Positions 46,343 through 54,303 of a DNA stretch of 55,003 nt are shown in pieces. Below the pieces are notes generated by a model. It searched no databases, was not told where the DNA came from, and saw only the letters and a list, made by a program, of their open reading frames with translations. Origin of the DNA: a virus. Its lineage: Duplodnaviria; Caudoviricetes. A program made the position numbers and the translations under genes. Position 1 is the first letter of the stretch; every line of letters begins with the position of its first letter. The DNA lies in IMG/VR virus record IMGVR_UViG_3300042837_000038, positions 1-55,003 of that record, one strand, 5' to 3'.

Positions 46343-46504
46343 ATGGGTCTATTCAAGAAAGCTGTTGACCTGATCAAGGCCGAGGACAGCGCCCGGGAAC
46401 TACGCAAAGCCGGCAAGGTGACGCAGGCGGACGGCAAGCGGGTCCGGGAAGCGCAGAAGAAGTTCGACGAAGCCAAGGCCAAGGCCGCCAAGGAGAAGAA
46501 GTAG
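46343..46504 (+). CDS. Small basic protein (53 aa)
   Basis: MGLFKKAVDLIK...; GAGGA RBS. Confidence 0.65.
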   Translation: MGLFKKAVDLIKAEDSARELRKAGKVTQADGKRVREAQKKFDEAKAKAAKEKK

Positions 46505-46506
46505 CC

Positions 46507-46800
46507 ATGGAGAAGTTGGTGCGCAACATGGTCCCCGCCCTCATGCGCCAGGTAGGGGAAAACCCGGCCCTGCGTACGGCCACCGAAGCCTGGGACCGGC
46601 ACCAACTTCTCCGAGCCAAACTCCTGGAGGAGGTCGGCGAGTTCCTGGAAACCGATGACCACCGGGAGTTGGCTGACATTCTGGAGGTCCTGGTGACCAT
46701 GGCCCAGGAATGGGGTCTGAACCTAGAAGCCCTACGGGAAGCCAAAACCCGCAATCGGGGCGACTTCAGCGACTGGCAGGTATGGATGGGACACCAATGA
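46507..46800 (+). CDS. MazG-like nucleotide pyrophosphohydrolase
   Basis: KLVR..VP, KLLEEVGEF, ELADILEV, K...RG.F. Confidence 0.85.
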   Translation: MEKLVRNMVPALMRQVGENPALRTATEAWDRHQLLRAKLLEEVGEFLETDDHRELADILEVLVTMAQEWGLNLEALREAKTRNRGDFSDWQVWMGHQ

Positions 46801-47045
46801 CCTACAACTTCACCGACCCCGAGATTCGTCTCATGGTCAAGACGCACCGCCCCCAGGAGCTGTGGCGCGACGCCGTAGGTGGAGCCGTTTCCGGAGGGAT
46901 CGCGTGTGACACCTGCCATCGGGCATGGCCCTGCCCACCGATCCGGGAACTGCGGGCCTGGCTGACCGAAGCCCGCGACGGGCACCTCAATCGGGTAGCC
47001 ACAGCGCTGGACCCGAACCAACCGTGGAAGATTGTCGAGGCATAG
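46797..47045 (+). CDS. Small Zn-binding protein
   Basis: HRP...CDTC..AWPC. Confidence 0.7.
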   Translation: MTYNFTDPEIRLMVKTHRPQELWRDAVGGAVSGGIACDTCHRAWPCPPIRELRAWLTEARDGHLNRVATALDPNQPWKIVEA

Positions 47046-47617
47046 TGACGTATCCAGGAATAACAGTCTGTATACCCAGCATCCCGCCACGGTCCCTGAT
47101 GCTCCAGCGGTCGGTCCGGTCGGTCATGACCCAGACCATGCCAGCCGCCGCCATCTCGGTGGCTATCGACGTGAACCGGGAGGGGGCTCCTCCGACCCGT
47201 CAGCGGGCCCTGGACGCGGTACGGACCGAATGGGTGGCGTTCCTGGACGATGACGATTTCTTCGAGCCACAGCACCTGGAGCACCTGTCCCAGCACGCGG
47301 AGGAGACCGGGGCCGACTTCGTGTACTCGTGGTTCACCGTGGTCGGTGGAGTCGATCCGTTCCCGAGTACCCATTTCACCAACCCGTTCAATCCGGAGGA
47401 TCCGATCGAGACCACGATCACGACCCTGGTCCGGACAGAGCTGGCACAACAGGTCGGTTTCAAGGCCATGAATCGGGGGGAAGTAAACACCGGCGAAGAT
47501 CGATACTTCACCCTGGAGTGCATGAAAGCCGGTGCCAAGATTTCCCACTTGGTCGAACGTACGTGGTGCTGGTCCCATCACGGAAAGAACACTTCTGGTC
47601 TCGCCACTAGATGGTGA
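47045..47617 (+). CDS. Glycosyltransferase family 2
   Basis: TVCIPS..PR, SV..QT, WVAFLDDDD, GED. Confidence 0.9.
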   Translation: MTYPGITVCIPSIPPRSLMLQRSVRSVMTQTMPAAAISVAIDVNREGAPPTRQRALDAVRTEWVAFLDDDDFFEPQHLEHLSQHAEETGADFVYSWFTVVGGVDPFPSTHFTNPFNPEDPIETTITTLVRTELAQQVGFKAMNRGEVNTGEDRYFTLECMKAGAKISHLVERTWCWSHHGKNTSGLATRW

Positions 47618-47657
47618 GCTAGGATATAGACGGACTAACTTCTCTCCTCTCCTGTCC

Positions 47658-47698
47658 GACAGAAACCCCGTTCCCCACAAGGGAGCGGGGTTTCTGTC
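47658..47698. terminator. Intrinsic terminator hairpin
   Basis: GACAGAAACCCCGTTCCC...GGGAGCGGGGTTTCTGTC. Confidence 0.75.
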
Positions 47699-47758
47699 TA
47701 CACTGATCATGTAACTGCTCCTTTGCGGGGAGGGGCCTCAGTGCCAAAGGAGAAGGCA

Positions 47759-48127
47759 ATGGAAAAGCTCAGTTGGCCTCAAGTGGTTTTATTCCTGGGA
47801 CTGGGGGTCCTGTTGATTGGCGGAACCACCACCCTTGTTGTCATGGACAAGGACGTGAACGCCATCCTGACCATTATCGGTGTGGCCATCCTGCCCATGC
47901 TCAGCGTCGCTGGTGCCAGTCTCTACCAGAAGGTGGACCAGAAACTGGACCGCTCCATAGACGTCGGGAACGGCAAGCTCACTGCGGTCATGACACTCCT
48001 GGAACAGGCCCACCAGCAGAACATCCAACTCGCCCTGAAAACTGACCCCGCTACCTACGTTGAGCTACCTTCAGTGGACCAGGCCATCGAGCCGCTGAAG
48101 AAGGTCCAGGATGCCAACCACCCGTAG
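47759..48127 (+). CDS. Two-TM membrane protein (holin candidate)
   Basis: Two hydrophobic helices followed by a soluble tail with an NG.L motif. Confidence 0.65.
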   Translation: MEKLSWPQVVLFLGLGVLLIGGTTTLVVMDKDVNAILTIIGVAILPMLSVAGASLYQKVDQKLDRSIDVGNGKLTAVMTLLEQAHQQNIQLALKTDPATYVELPSVDQAIEPLKKVQDANHP

Positions 48128-48509
48128 GTACTACTTCGAACACCCGGGTGCCTGGGATCGGGAGGACGGGTACCAGGTGGCCGCCGAGGTGCTGGCCCAC
48201 CAATGCGAACGCCGCTGGTGGTATAACGAACCGGTGGTGCAGGGGCAGCCGTTCGGTCGACTGGCGTTCGCGTTCACCGTCACCGGAGAAGACGCCTGGC
48301 AGGCACACAAGCGGGCCATGGGGGTGGCGTGTGCCATCTACCGGCGTCTGGGGTTGGCGGCCCGTGACGTCCCGGTCCCGGTGTGGGAAACGCTGGCCCC
48401 GCACACGAACCGGGGCAGGTTCCGGGTCCCCAAAGAGGTACCCGAACCTGCCCCGGACCTTGGTGCCGTCTTAGAGGACTTGGTGGAACGGTTAAGCGCC
48501 AATCACTGA
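48111..48509 (+). CDS. Hypothetical protein
   Basis: 132 aa, GC3 bias. Confidence 0.7.
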   Translation: MPTTRRYYFEHPGAWDREDGYQVAAEVLAHQCERRWWYNEPVVQGQPFGRLAFAFTVTGEDAWQAHKRAMGVACAIYRRLGLAARDVPVPVWETLAPHTNRGRFRVPKEVPEPAPDLGAVLEDLVERLSANH

Positions 48510-48869
48510 ACTGAACACGTTATCGGCGCCGGCTGCCAGATCCGCGATCTGCGTTCCGTTGTTGTACAGCACAAACGCTCCCGTGCAGTTGTAGCCGAAG
48601 TACAGCTTCCAGTCGTTGGCCGCCGGGCTGGCCGATACCTTCAGGGAGGTGATGTTCTCATCCATCGCCCCCGCGAAGTTCTGGCACGAAAAGAAAACGT
48701 TCGTCTTATTCGCCGTCCCTGTGTAGTTCGGTGATGTCCATACGCAGATGTAGCTACTTGCCGGGCAGGTGGTGTCGGCCATCGCCGGACTGGCCACCAC
48801 CGTGATGCCTGTGGCCACCAGGACGGCCACGAGGCCCATCTGCATGGCACGCATGAAACGCTGACGCAT
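48492..48869 (-). CDS. Secreted peptidase inhibitor I36-like (beta/gamma-crystallin-like) protein
   Basis: Signal peptide ending ASPAMA; CP...ICVW..PNYTG, ITSL, YFGYNCTG, DN..SS. Confidence 0.75.
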   Translation of the reverse strand: MRQRFMRAMQMGLVAVLVATGITVVASPAMADTTCPASSYICVWTSPNYTGTANKTNVFFSCQNFAGAMDENITSLKVSASPAANDWKLYFGYNCTGAFVLYNNGTQIADLAAGADNVFSSVIGA

Positions 48870-48895
48870 TCCTTCTCCTTTGTGGGGGTAAGCAA

Positions 48896-48939
48896 AGGAC
48901 CCCCGGTGACGGGCATCCCTCCACGTCACCGGGGGTCCT
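48896..48939 (-). terminator. Hairpin terminator
   Basis: AGGACCCCCGGTGACG...CGTCACCGGGGGTCCT, TTT follows on - strand. Confidence 0.7.
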
Positions 48940-48981
48940 GCGGGGCTAGCTCTGCCACGTGCTAGCACTCCTGGTAATGCT

Positions 48982-49392
48982 TCAGTCCGCGACGATCCGC
49001 AGTTCCTCCGCCTGCTCACGCTGGCGGCGGATCTCGTAGGTGCCGGGGACCAGACCAGCGTAGCCGTGCTCGGGGTGGCCCAGGTAGGCCGTGGAGCCCT
49101 CCGGGACCGTCAGGGTGCCCAGTGCCAGTTGGGTTGCGCTGGCGTCGGTACGGGCGTCGAAGAAGATCGGACCGTCGGCGCCGTGGAGGCGGTGGGTGTT
49201 ACCGCCGTTCTCGCCACGGACTACCGGGTAGCCCTCGGGGGCCACCAGGGTGGTGGCCGCCTTCGTGGTGCTGGGGCGAACGTACACGTCACCCTGACGG
49301 ACCCGGTCGCTGACGGGAACGCTCAGCTCACGGTCCAGGTGCTCGTGCACATCGTGACCGAAGTCCACGATCGCGTTTGCGAGAGTACGCAT
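48982..49392 (-). CDS. Conserved partner of DUF6745 proteins
   Basis: RQGDV, GE..GNTH.L, HPEH, PGTYEIRRQRE...VAD. Confidence 0.85.
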   Translation of the reverse strand: MRTLANAIVDFGHDVHEHLDRELSVPVSDRVRQGDVYVRPSTTKAATTLVAPEGYPVVRGENGGNTHRLHGADGPIFFDARTDASATQLALGTLTVPEGSTAYLGHPEHGYAGLVPGTYEIRRQREQAEELRIVAD

Positions 49393-49418
49393 GTTTCTCC
49401 TTTGTCAAGTTACCTGTT

Positions 49419-50135
49419 TCAGCAGGCGTACTTCAGTTTAGCATATTCTTGCTTGCTTTCCCCGAAAGTCCACGCTGCCGCTTCTACCGGATCCTTGATC
49501 GTGGCGGGCACGGTCAGGCCGAACTGATGCCGGGACCCGTCCCGCTCCCGGGTGGCGTTGGTACACATGAGCACCCGGATCGCGGTGTTGTAGATCTGCT
49601 CCGGCACATCGTACAACTGGAGCTCCTGACCCGGGTTCGCCGGATCTGGGGCCGACCTACCGACCGGCTTGAGCCCGGCTTTCACCACGAACTCCGGCCA
49701 GCCCATGTGCTCGATGGCACACCGACGGGTTTCGGTGTTCGTTTCCCGCAGGATGTCCTCCGTGGACCAGCGACCCATGATCAGGTCCTCGGGGACCAGG
49801 GTGCCGTGCCAGACGTACAGCTCGTACCCGTCCTCCCAGCGGATCGCTGGACCGTTCGGGCAGTGCAGTTGGTAGCTGTGCTCCCCGATCAGTTCCACGT
49901 GCAGGGCACGGGGGCGGTCACTGCACACCACGAACGACTCGTGCGGCCACCACCATCCGTTGTTGGACTGGGCCTTCTCGTACGCCCGGTCCCGGTCCCA
50001 GAGATCCCCGTCCAGTTCCAGGTTCAGTTCATCCCGGAAGAAACTGGTGTATGCCTGCCACGACACCCACCACTGGCCCCCCAGGAAAGTGGACCACCTG
50101 TTCCGTACGTGAGGCATGGGAATGTCAAATTCCAC
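49419..50135 (-). CDS. DUF6745-like protein, C-terminal half
   Basis: GWWWPHE..V..SDRP, LHC.NGPAI.W.DG..LY.WHG..VP, E.N.E.RR.AIE..GW. Confidence 0.85.
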   Translation of the reverse strand: MEFDIPMPHVRNRWSTFLGGQWWVSWQAYTSFFRDELNLELDGDLWDRDRAYEKAQSNNGWWWPHESFVVCSDRPRALHVELIGEHSYQLHCPNGPAIRWEDGYELYVWHGTLVPEDLIMGRWSTEDILRETNTETRRCAIEHMGWPEFVVKAGLKPVGRSAPDPANPGQELQLYDVPEQIYNTAIRVLMCTNATRERDGSRHQFGLTVPATIKDPVEAAAWTFGESKQEYAKLKYAC

Positions 50136-50313
50136 GACTCATCCTTTCGGTAATTGAAGTGTCCATAATTGCCTCTAACGCCAAATGCGGCCCCGGCGTT
50201 ACCCGAGGTAGGGGTATGGAATGAGCGGCCTGAGAAAGTTCCACAGCCACACGTAGGTATATGACTTTTCTAGCGAACCGTGCCTCGCGCGACGAAGACG
50301 TTAGCGGGGACAT
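50125..50313 (-). CDS. Small divergent protein between the DUF6745 halves
   Basis: 62 aa, GAGGAGGAGG RBS, lower GC. Confidence 0.6.
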   Translation of the reverse strand: MSPLTSSSREARFARKVIYLRVAVELSQAAHSIPLPRVTPGPHLALEAIMDTSITERMSRGI

Positions 50314-50656
50314 CGCCCTCCTCCTCGCCGGGCTTCACGATCCGGAACTTGAGCGTCTCATCCACCTGCCAGGCGAGCAAGGTAGATCCGGACGGGCACA
50401 TCTCCGCCAGCGTCTCACCTCGCTCGTGCAGGTGACTGAGGGCGCCGGTCAGGTAGGAGCCGGATAGCGGGGACGCGGTGGTGACCACCACGCTGGGGAA
50501 CTCCAGGTCCGCGAACCGGTAACACTCCCGGGCACCCTCCTCCCAGGTGTCGTAGTCGGCCGGCTTGGTGCTGTGGCCAACGGCGATCCACCGTTCCACG
50601 TGCGGGTTGATGGCCGCCTGCTGCTCGTCCGTAAGTCGATCAATGTACTTAGGCAA
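50270..50656 (-). CDS. DUF6745-associated N-terminal domain as a separate protein
   Basis: IDRLTDEQ...ERWIAVGHSTKPAD...Y.FA.L..P.VV...SPL; TTG start after GAGAGGA. Confidence 0.75.
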   Translation of the reverse strand: MPKYIDRLTDEQQAAINPHVERWIAVGHSTKPADYDTWEEGARECYRFADLEFPSVVVTTASPLSGSYLTGALSHLHERGETLAEMCPSGSTLLAWQVDETLKFRIVKPGEEEGDVPANVFVARGTVR

Positions 50657-50864
50657 CGTACCGTTCCTCTCTGGTGAGGACCCCGGCGATGACGTTGGGG
50701 TCCAGTCGCCCGACGTGCCAGCGGGGTACATCTTCCATGGTACCACAGAGGTACACACCCTTGTGGTGTTCCTTGTGTTGTTTTGCCACATACTTAGCAC
50801 TCTTACGATTTACATAACCCCACTTGTTGTGAAAGTTGCACCATTCTCTGTACACTTTGGACAT
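50649..50864 (-). CDS. Small Zn-finger-like protein
   Basis: C..H.KWGY..RK.AK, YLC, WHVG. Confidence 0.7.
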   Translation of the reverse strand: MSKVYREWCNFHNKWGYVNRKSAKYVAKQHKEHHKGVYLCGTMEDVPRWHVGRLDPNVIAGVLTREERYVA

Positions 50865-50865
50865 T

Positions 50866-51045
50866 TTATCTCCTTGATCTGAAGTGCTCCATGTGAGCCG
50901 TTAATACCAAAAGGTAACCAGTGCCGGCAGTACGGGGCCGGCGCAGAGTTAGGGGAAGCAGTAACCGAGTTTGTTGAGATATCCCATAAGCCACGGGGTG
51001 ATGGACGCGCGTGAAGATCCTGTCTTTGCGCTCGTCCCTGCTCAT
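50866..51045 (-). CDS. Small divergent protein (59 aa)
   Basis: MSRDERKDRIFTRVHH...; ATGA overlap with upstream gene. Confidence 0.5.
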   Translation of the reverse strand: MSRDERKDRIFTRVHHPVAYGISQQTRLLLPLTLRRPRTAGTGYLLVLTAHMEHFRSRR

Positions 51046-51446
51046 CGTTTAAATATCCTCACCGGGATGCCCGCCTCATCGGCGAGCGTCACACACCCCA
51101 CCGCCCCATGGCTACCGTGAGGTTTGGGCTTCATGCAGTCCACCCGCACGCAGGGGCTGATGAACGCCAGGCACAGGTAGGCACCCAGGTCCACCATGGC
51201 CTTGTTCCGGATCGGTCCAGCAGCGGCCCCGAAGGTGTCCCACCGGGCTGGGTGTGGTTCCAGGGTGACCAGGCGGCCACTGGCGATCATGGCTTTGGCC
51301 CAGGTCTCTGCCTGTCGGTCCACGCCCTGCTTGCACTCACCGTAGACCAGGGTGAAGGGACCCTGGGTGAGGATCCCCGCCAACTCCTGATGGACGATCC
51401 ACGGTGCGTCCCAGGTACGTGAGCCGGTGATCAGGATCCGTCTCAT
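51042..51446 (-). CDS. SLOG/YspA-like (DUF2493) protein
   Basis: ILITGSR.W, G.D..AE, PA.W...G.AAGPIRN.AM. Confidence 0.9.
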   Translation of the reverse strand: MRRILITGSRTWDAPWIVHQELAGILTQGPFTLVYGECKQGVDRQAETWAKAMIASGRLVTLEPHPARWDTFGAAAGPIRNKAMVDLGAYLCLAFISPCVRVDCMKPKPHGSHGAVGCVTLADEAGIPVRIFKR

Positions 51447-51889
51447 GCGGCCACCAGTTCAAGTTGCCGCTCGTAGATGGCGAACTGACCGGTGGGGGCC
51501 TTGAGCGCGGCCTCGTCAGTGTGGTGGCGGCCACGGTAGCCGTTGTCCAGGTGCGACACGTGGACCGGGATCACGGACCGGGGGGTGAGCACGTTGAGCT
51601 CAGCTTCCAGTTCCTCCCACTCGGCGTCGGAGAAGACAAGTTCCCCCTCCACTTCCTCCTCCACCGTGATCTTCTTCAGGTTCGGATCGGTAAGGTCGTC
51701 CCGCTCCGGGGGCAGGTTCTGAAACCACTCGGCGTGCTTGGCGGCCTCCGCTTCGGCCCGGTCGAGGCGCCGATCCCGCAGGTGCACCTGGATGTCGCTG
51801 ATGATGTAGCCCACGACGATGAATGAGAGCCCGACCAGTCCGAGCAGGAACATGTTGGTGCTCACGGTAAACCCGTTGATGCCGATCAT
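51443..51889 (-). CDS. Membrane-anchored protein
   Basis: N-terminal TM, acidic tail, YRGRH. Confidence 0.75.
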   Translation of the reverse strand: MIGINGFTVSTNMFLLGLVGLSFIVVGYIISDIQVHLRDRRLDRAEAEAAKHAEWFQNLPPERDDLTDPNLKKITVEEEVEGELVFSDAEWEELEAELNVLTPRSVIPVHVSHLDNGYRGRHHTDEAALKAPTGQFAIYERQLELVAA

Positions 51890-52080
51890 GATCCAACCTC
51901 CGAGTCAACGATGCTGCACAAAAGTCGCCGCAGAGCAATCCATTGATGATTTTCCATGTGAACGGTGGCGCTGGCAGGCCGGGGCCATAAGGCCACCAAT
52001 AGGTCTGCTGCGGTGTCACGCATCTGCTGAGTATCCATCAGGGGGCGATCCACCACCAGGGTCGTTGTCGAATCCTCCAT
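51886..52080 (-). CDS. Small divergent protein
   Basis: 64 aa, ATGA overlap. Confidence 0.55.
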   Translation of the reverse strand: MEDSTTTLVVDRPLMDTQQMRDTAADLLVALWPRPASATVHMENHQWIALRRLLCSIVDSEVGS

Positions 52081-52083
52081 GTG

Positions 52084-52257
52084 CTACCAGCCCCTTTCAC
52101 CATCGTTGACCGTTCTGACTAAGGCTTCTTCGATCACGGTGTCTATGTTATAGTTAATCCAACCAAAACCAAAACCCTCATTAAGCTCGCATCCTTTAAA
52201 AATTTCACCCTCTAGTTCACGGTAGATCAGTTCTTCGAATGTACGGTTAACGTCCAT
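52084..52257 (-). CDS. Small divergent AT-rich protein
   Basis: MDVNRTFEELIYREL...; GGAGGG RBS. Confidence 0.6.
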   Translation of the reverse strand: MDVNRTFEELIYRELEGEIFKGCELNEGFGFGWINYNIDTVIEEALVRTVNDGERGW

Positions 52258-52415
52258 TTCAATCCCTCCCGCACCATGCGAGGAACCGCCCTGCCGCCAC
52301 CCCGGACGTCCAGGGGGGCCGCGAAACACGCTATCCGAATGGCGTGTCGGATTCTGTTAACGGTATCCACTTCCATGGCTTCCCAAATCCTGAACTGGGC
52401 CATTCTATTTTCCAA
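52227..52415 (-). CDS. Small divergent protein
   Basis: 62 aa; GGAGGAG RBS upstream. Confidence 0.5.
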   Translation of the reverse strand: MENRMAQFRIWEAMEVDTVNRIRHAIRIACFAAPLDVRGGGRAVPRMVREGLKWTLTVHSKN

Positions 52416-52531
52416 GGTGCTCCTCCACCCGTCGATCGATGAACGAGCTAATCATGAAACCATGATTGAAAATGGTCCCAATGGTTTGCCTCCAGTGGAG
52501 ATTTAACATTTTCGAGACGCGGGAGTCGAGC

Positions 52532-52963
52532 TTAGTTTCCGTCCTGATCAGGTCCTTTACTGACACGCATTCTCCTCCGGGGTGGATCCTCCAGGTACCT
52601 GGCGAACCTGCGGAACGCCTCAGGATCGTCCCTCAAGTGTCCCACAATCTGATTACAAGTGCTACAGAGTAATCCTCTCACTTCCCCAGTTATGTGGTCG
52701 TGATCTGTGGCTAGTTTCTTCTTCCCGGTCCCGGTGGCCCGTAGGCACCCCGGGCACCTCCCGCCCTGGAACAGGTAGAGCTGCTGATACTCGCCTGGTT
52801 CCAGGCCGTACACCGTCTGGACCCGCTTGTCGTGGGCCACCTCCCGGCGCTCCTTCTTCACCAGCCGGTTGTGGGTGGCGCACCGAGGACCTGGGTACGG
52901 GGCCGGCCGGTCCCCGTTACCTCCGCCCGTCAGGCAGTCCTTGCATTTGCGTGTGGAGTTCAT
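52532..52963 (-). CDS. Endonuclease VII-like (His-Me finger) nuclease
   Basis: YGL...Y..L...QGGRCPGC, LATDHDH.TG.VRGLLC..CN. Confidence 0.92.
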   Translation of the reverse strand: MNSTRKCKDCLTGGGNGDRPAPYPGPRCATHNRLVKKERREVAHDKRVQTVYGLEPGEYQQLYLFQGGRCPGCLRATGTGKKKLATDHDHITGEVRGLLCSTCNQIVGHLRDDPEAFRRFARYLEDPPRRRMRVSKGPDQDGN

Positions 52964-53111
52964 TTCTTACCACTTCCTGACCAACCATGGTCATGTCCCG
53001 GCGAACCTCCAGAAACATGAGACGAATCCGAAAATCTACGGTTTCATTAAGTGAGGTAACCAAGAGGACAGCATTAGTAATTTCGATGATGGGTGACATG
53101 GTTTTTGACAT
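52917..53111 (-). CDS. Small divergent protein
   Basis: 64 aa, lower GC. Confidence 0.55.
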   Translation of the reverse strand: MSKTMSPIIEITNAVLLVTSLNETVDFRIRLMFLEVRRDMTMVGQEVVRNELHTQMQGLPDGRR

Positions 53112-53259
53112 GCGATTCCACCACTCTCCCTAACGTTTCTCGTATGAGATATTCCCTGGGTTGCGTGGCTTGAACAACTTTCCATCTCACCTGGTTCATT
53201 GCGACTTGTCCAATTTTAACGGTCATTTCCCTGACGATCAGGTCCCGAATGTTCCTCAC
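53074..53259 (-). CDS. Small divergent protein
   Basis: GTG after GGAGGA; ...NQVRWKVVQ... Confidence 0.6.
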   Translation of the reverse strand: MRNIRDLIVREMTVKIGQVAMNQVRWKVVQATQPREYLIRETLGRVVESHVKNHVTHHRNY

Positions 53260-53275
53260 AAATCCTCCAACCAAA

Positions 53276-53309
53276 AGAGGGGCCAGTTCCCGTGACGGCT
53301 GGCCCCTCT
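53276..53309 (-). terminator. Intrinsic terminator
   Basis: AGAGGGGCCAG...CTGGCCCCTCT with a T tract on the - strand. Confidence 0.75.
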
Positions 53310-53418
53310 GCGGATCATGCTACTACTTGTACCGGGACAGGATGATGATCAGGACCACGGCGACGAACACCGCCACCGTGACGTAGGCGTACGGAAGTGC
53401 CTGGTCCATTACGACTCC

Positions 53419-53787
53419 TCACTGCACTTCCCGGAACGACCGGATCCGGTACAGGTCCACCACATCCGGGTGGTGCTGGTGGAAGGCCTGGACGTCCAGC
53501 TCCTCCTTGAGCACCTGGCGCATGAAGTGGCGGGCCAGTGGCTCCTGCTCCCGCAGCAACCGGCTCGTGGCGTACCGGTTCTCGGGCCGGTACGTGAACA
53601 CCTTGACCCCGTTGACGGTGCCGGCGAACGTGTTCCCCACCTGCTCCATCAACATCTTCTTGAACTCGTCGGCACGCTCCTGCCACCCGTTGGCGAACGC
53701 CTGTGCCTGCACCCAGTTCTGGTACAGGTCCTCGTTCACCTCGGTGGTGGGTTCATTGGCGTGCGGATCTGGAAGTGGCACTGTCAC
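53419..53787 (-). CDS. Conserved-looking phage protein (coiled coil plus beta domain)
   Basis: G.VNG.KVFTY, LD...F...HPD....Y...SFR. Confidence 0.8.
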   Translation of the reverse strand: MTVPLPDPHANEPTTEVNEDLYQNWVQAQAFANGWQERADEFKKMLMEQVGNTFAGTVNGVKVFTYRPENRYATSRLLREQEPLARHFMRQVLKEELDVQAFHQHHPDVVDLYRIRSFREVQ

Positions 53788-53956
53788 CCCTTACGTCGGC
53801 ATATATCTGGTTTCTCACTGGTTGTGTCAATGACCAATGAGAAACGGTAAGGACGGAACCGATCCTCGGCCACAACGCGTGATGGCTGATAGCGCGATTG
53901 CTGATCGTATTAGCTGTTTTAATAGCTGCCAGTTCTAATTTCTGAACAACTTCCAT
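53753..53956 (-). CDS. Small divergent protein
   Basis: 67 aa, lower GC, PVRNQIYADVRG. Confidence 0.55.
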   Translation of the reverse strand: MEVVQKLELAAIKTANTISNRAISHHALWPRIGSVLTVSHWSLTQPVRNQIYADVRGDSATSRSARQ

Positions 53957-53983
53957 GTCACCAGAACCGTCCTAGGATAGTGG

Positions 53984-54127
53984 CTACTTCTCACATGTGG
54001 CCGCTACCATCCGCTGACCCCGGTCACATTCCGCTGGGGTCCGTTGCCGGGCCAGGTGGGCGATCCAGAGGGCGGCCACCGTAATGAGGACCACCCCCAG
54101 GACCAGGGTCTTTATCGCTTTGCCCAT
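53984..54127 (-). CDS. Small membrane protein (47 aa)
   Basis: MGKAIKTLVLGVVLITVAALWIAHLA... Confidence 0.55.
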   Translation of the reverse strand: MGKAIKTLVLGVVLITVAALWIAHLARQRTPAECDRGQRMVAATCEK

Positions 54128-54303
54128 CGAGGATCCATTCTATCCGTGATGCCGGTAGTCATCATTTCTTCGATATCGTCCATGTTGGGTATCGCTACGA
54201 AGAACTGAAGGTTCTTCACTCGGTGCGGGATGGCACCCACCACGGAGGTGTTAAGGATCTCATCGAAGAGATGGGACAGTTCCACTACTTCTGGATCTCC
54301 CAT
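54112..54303 (-). CDS. Small divergent protein
   Basis: MGDPEVVELSHLFDEIL...; overlaps RAMP gene stop. Confidence 0.55.
   Translation of the reverse strand: MGDPEVVELSHLFDEILNTSVVGAIPHRVKNLQFFVAIPNMDDIEEMMTTGITDRMDPRWAKR

Noticed and set aside
50136-50269. Self-splicing intron interrupting the DUF6745 gene
   Set aside because: Too short, no group I/II motifs seen, and each of the three ORFs has its own RBS
54001-54055. Roughly 10-nt periodic CCGCT motif downstream of the RAMP gene
   Set aside because: Only 3-4 imperfect copies, inside a plausible small membrane-protein CDS
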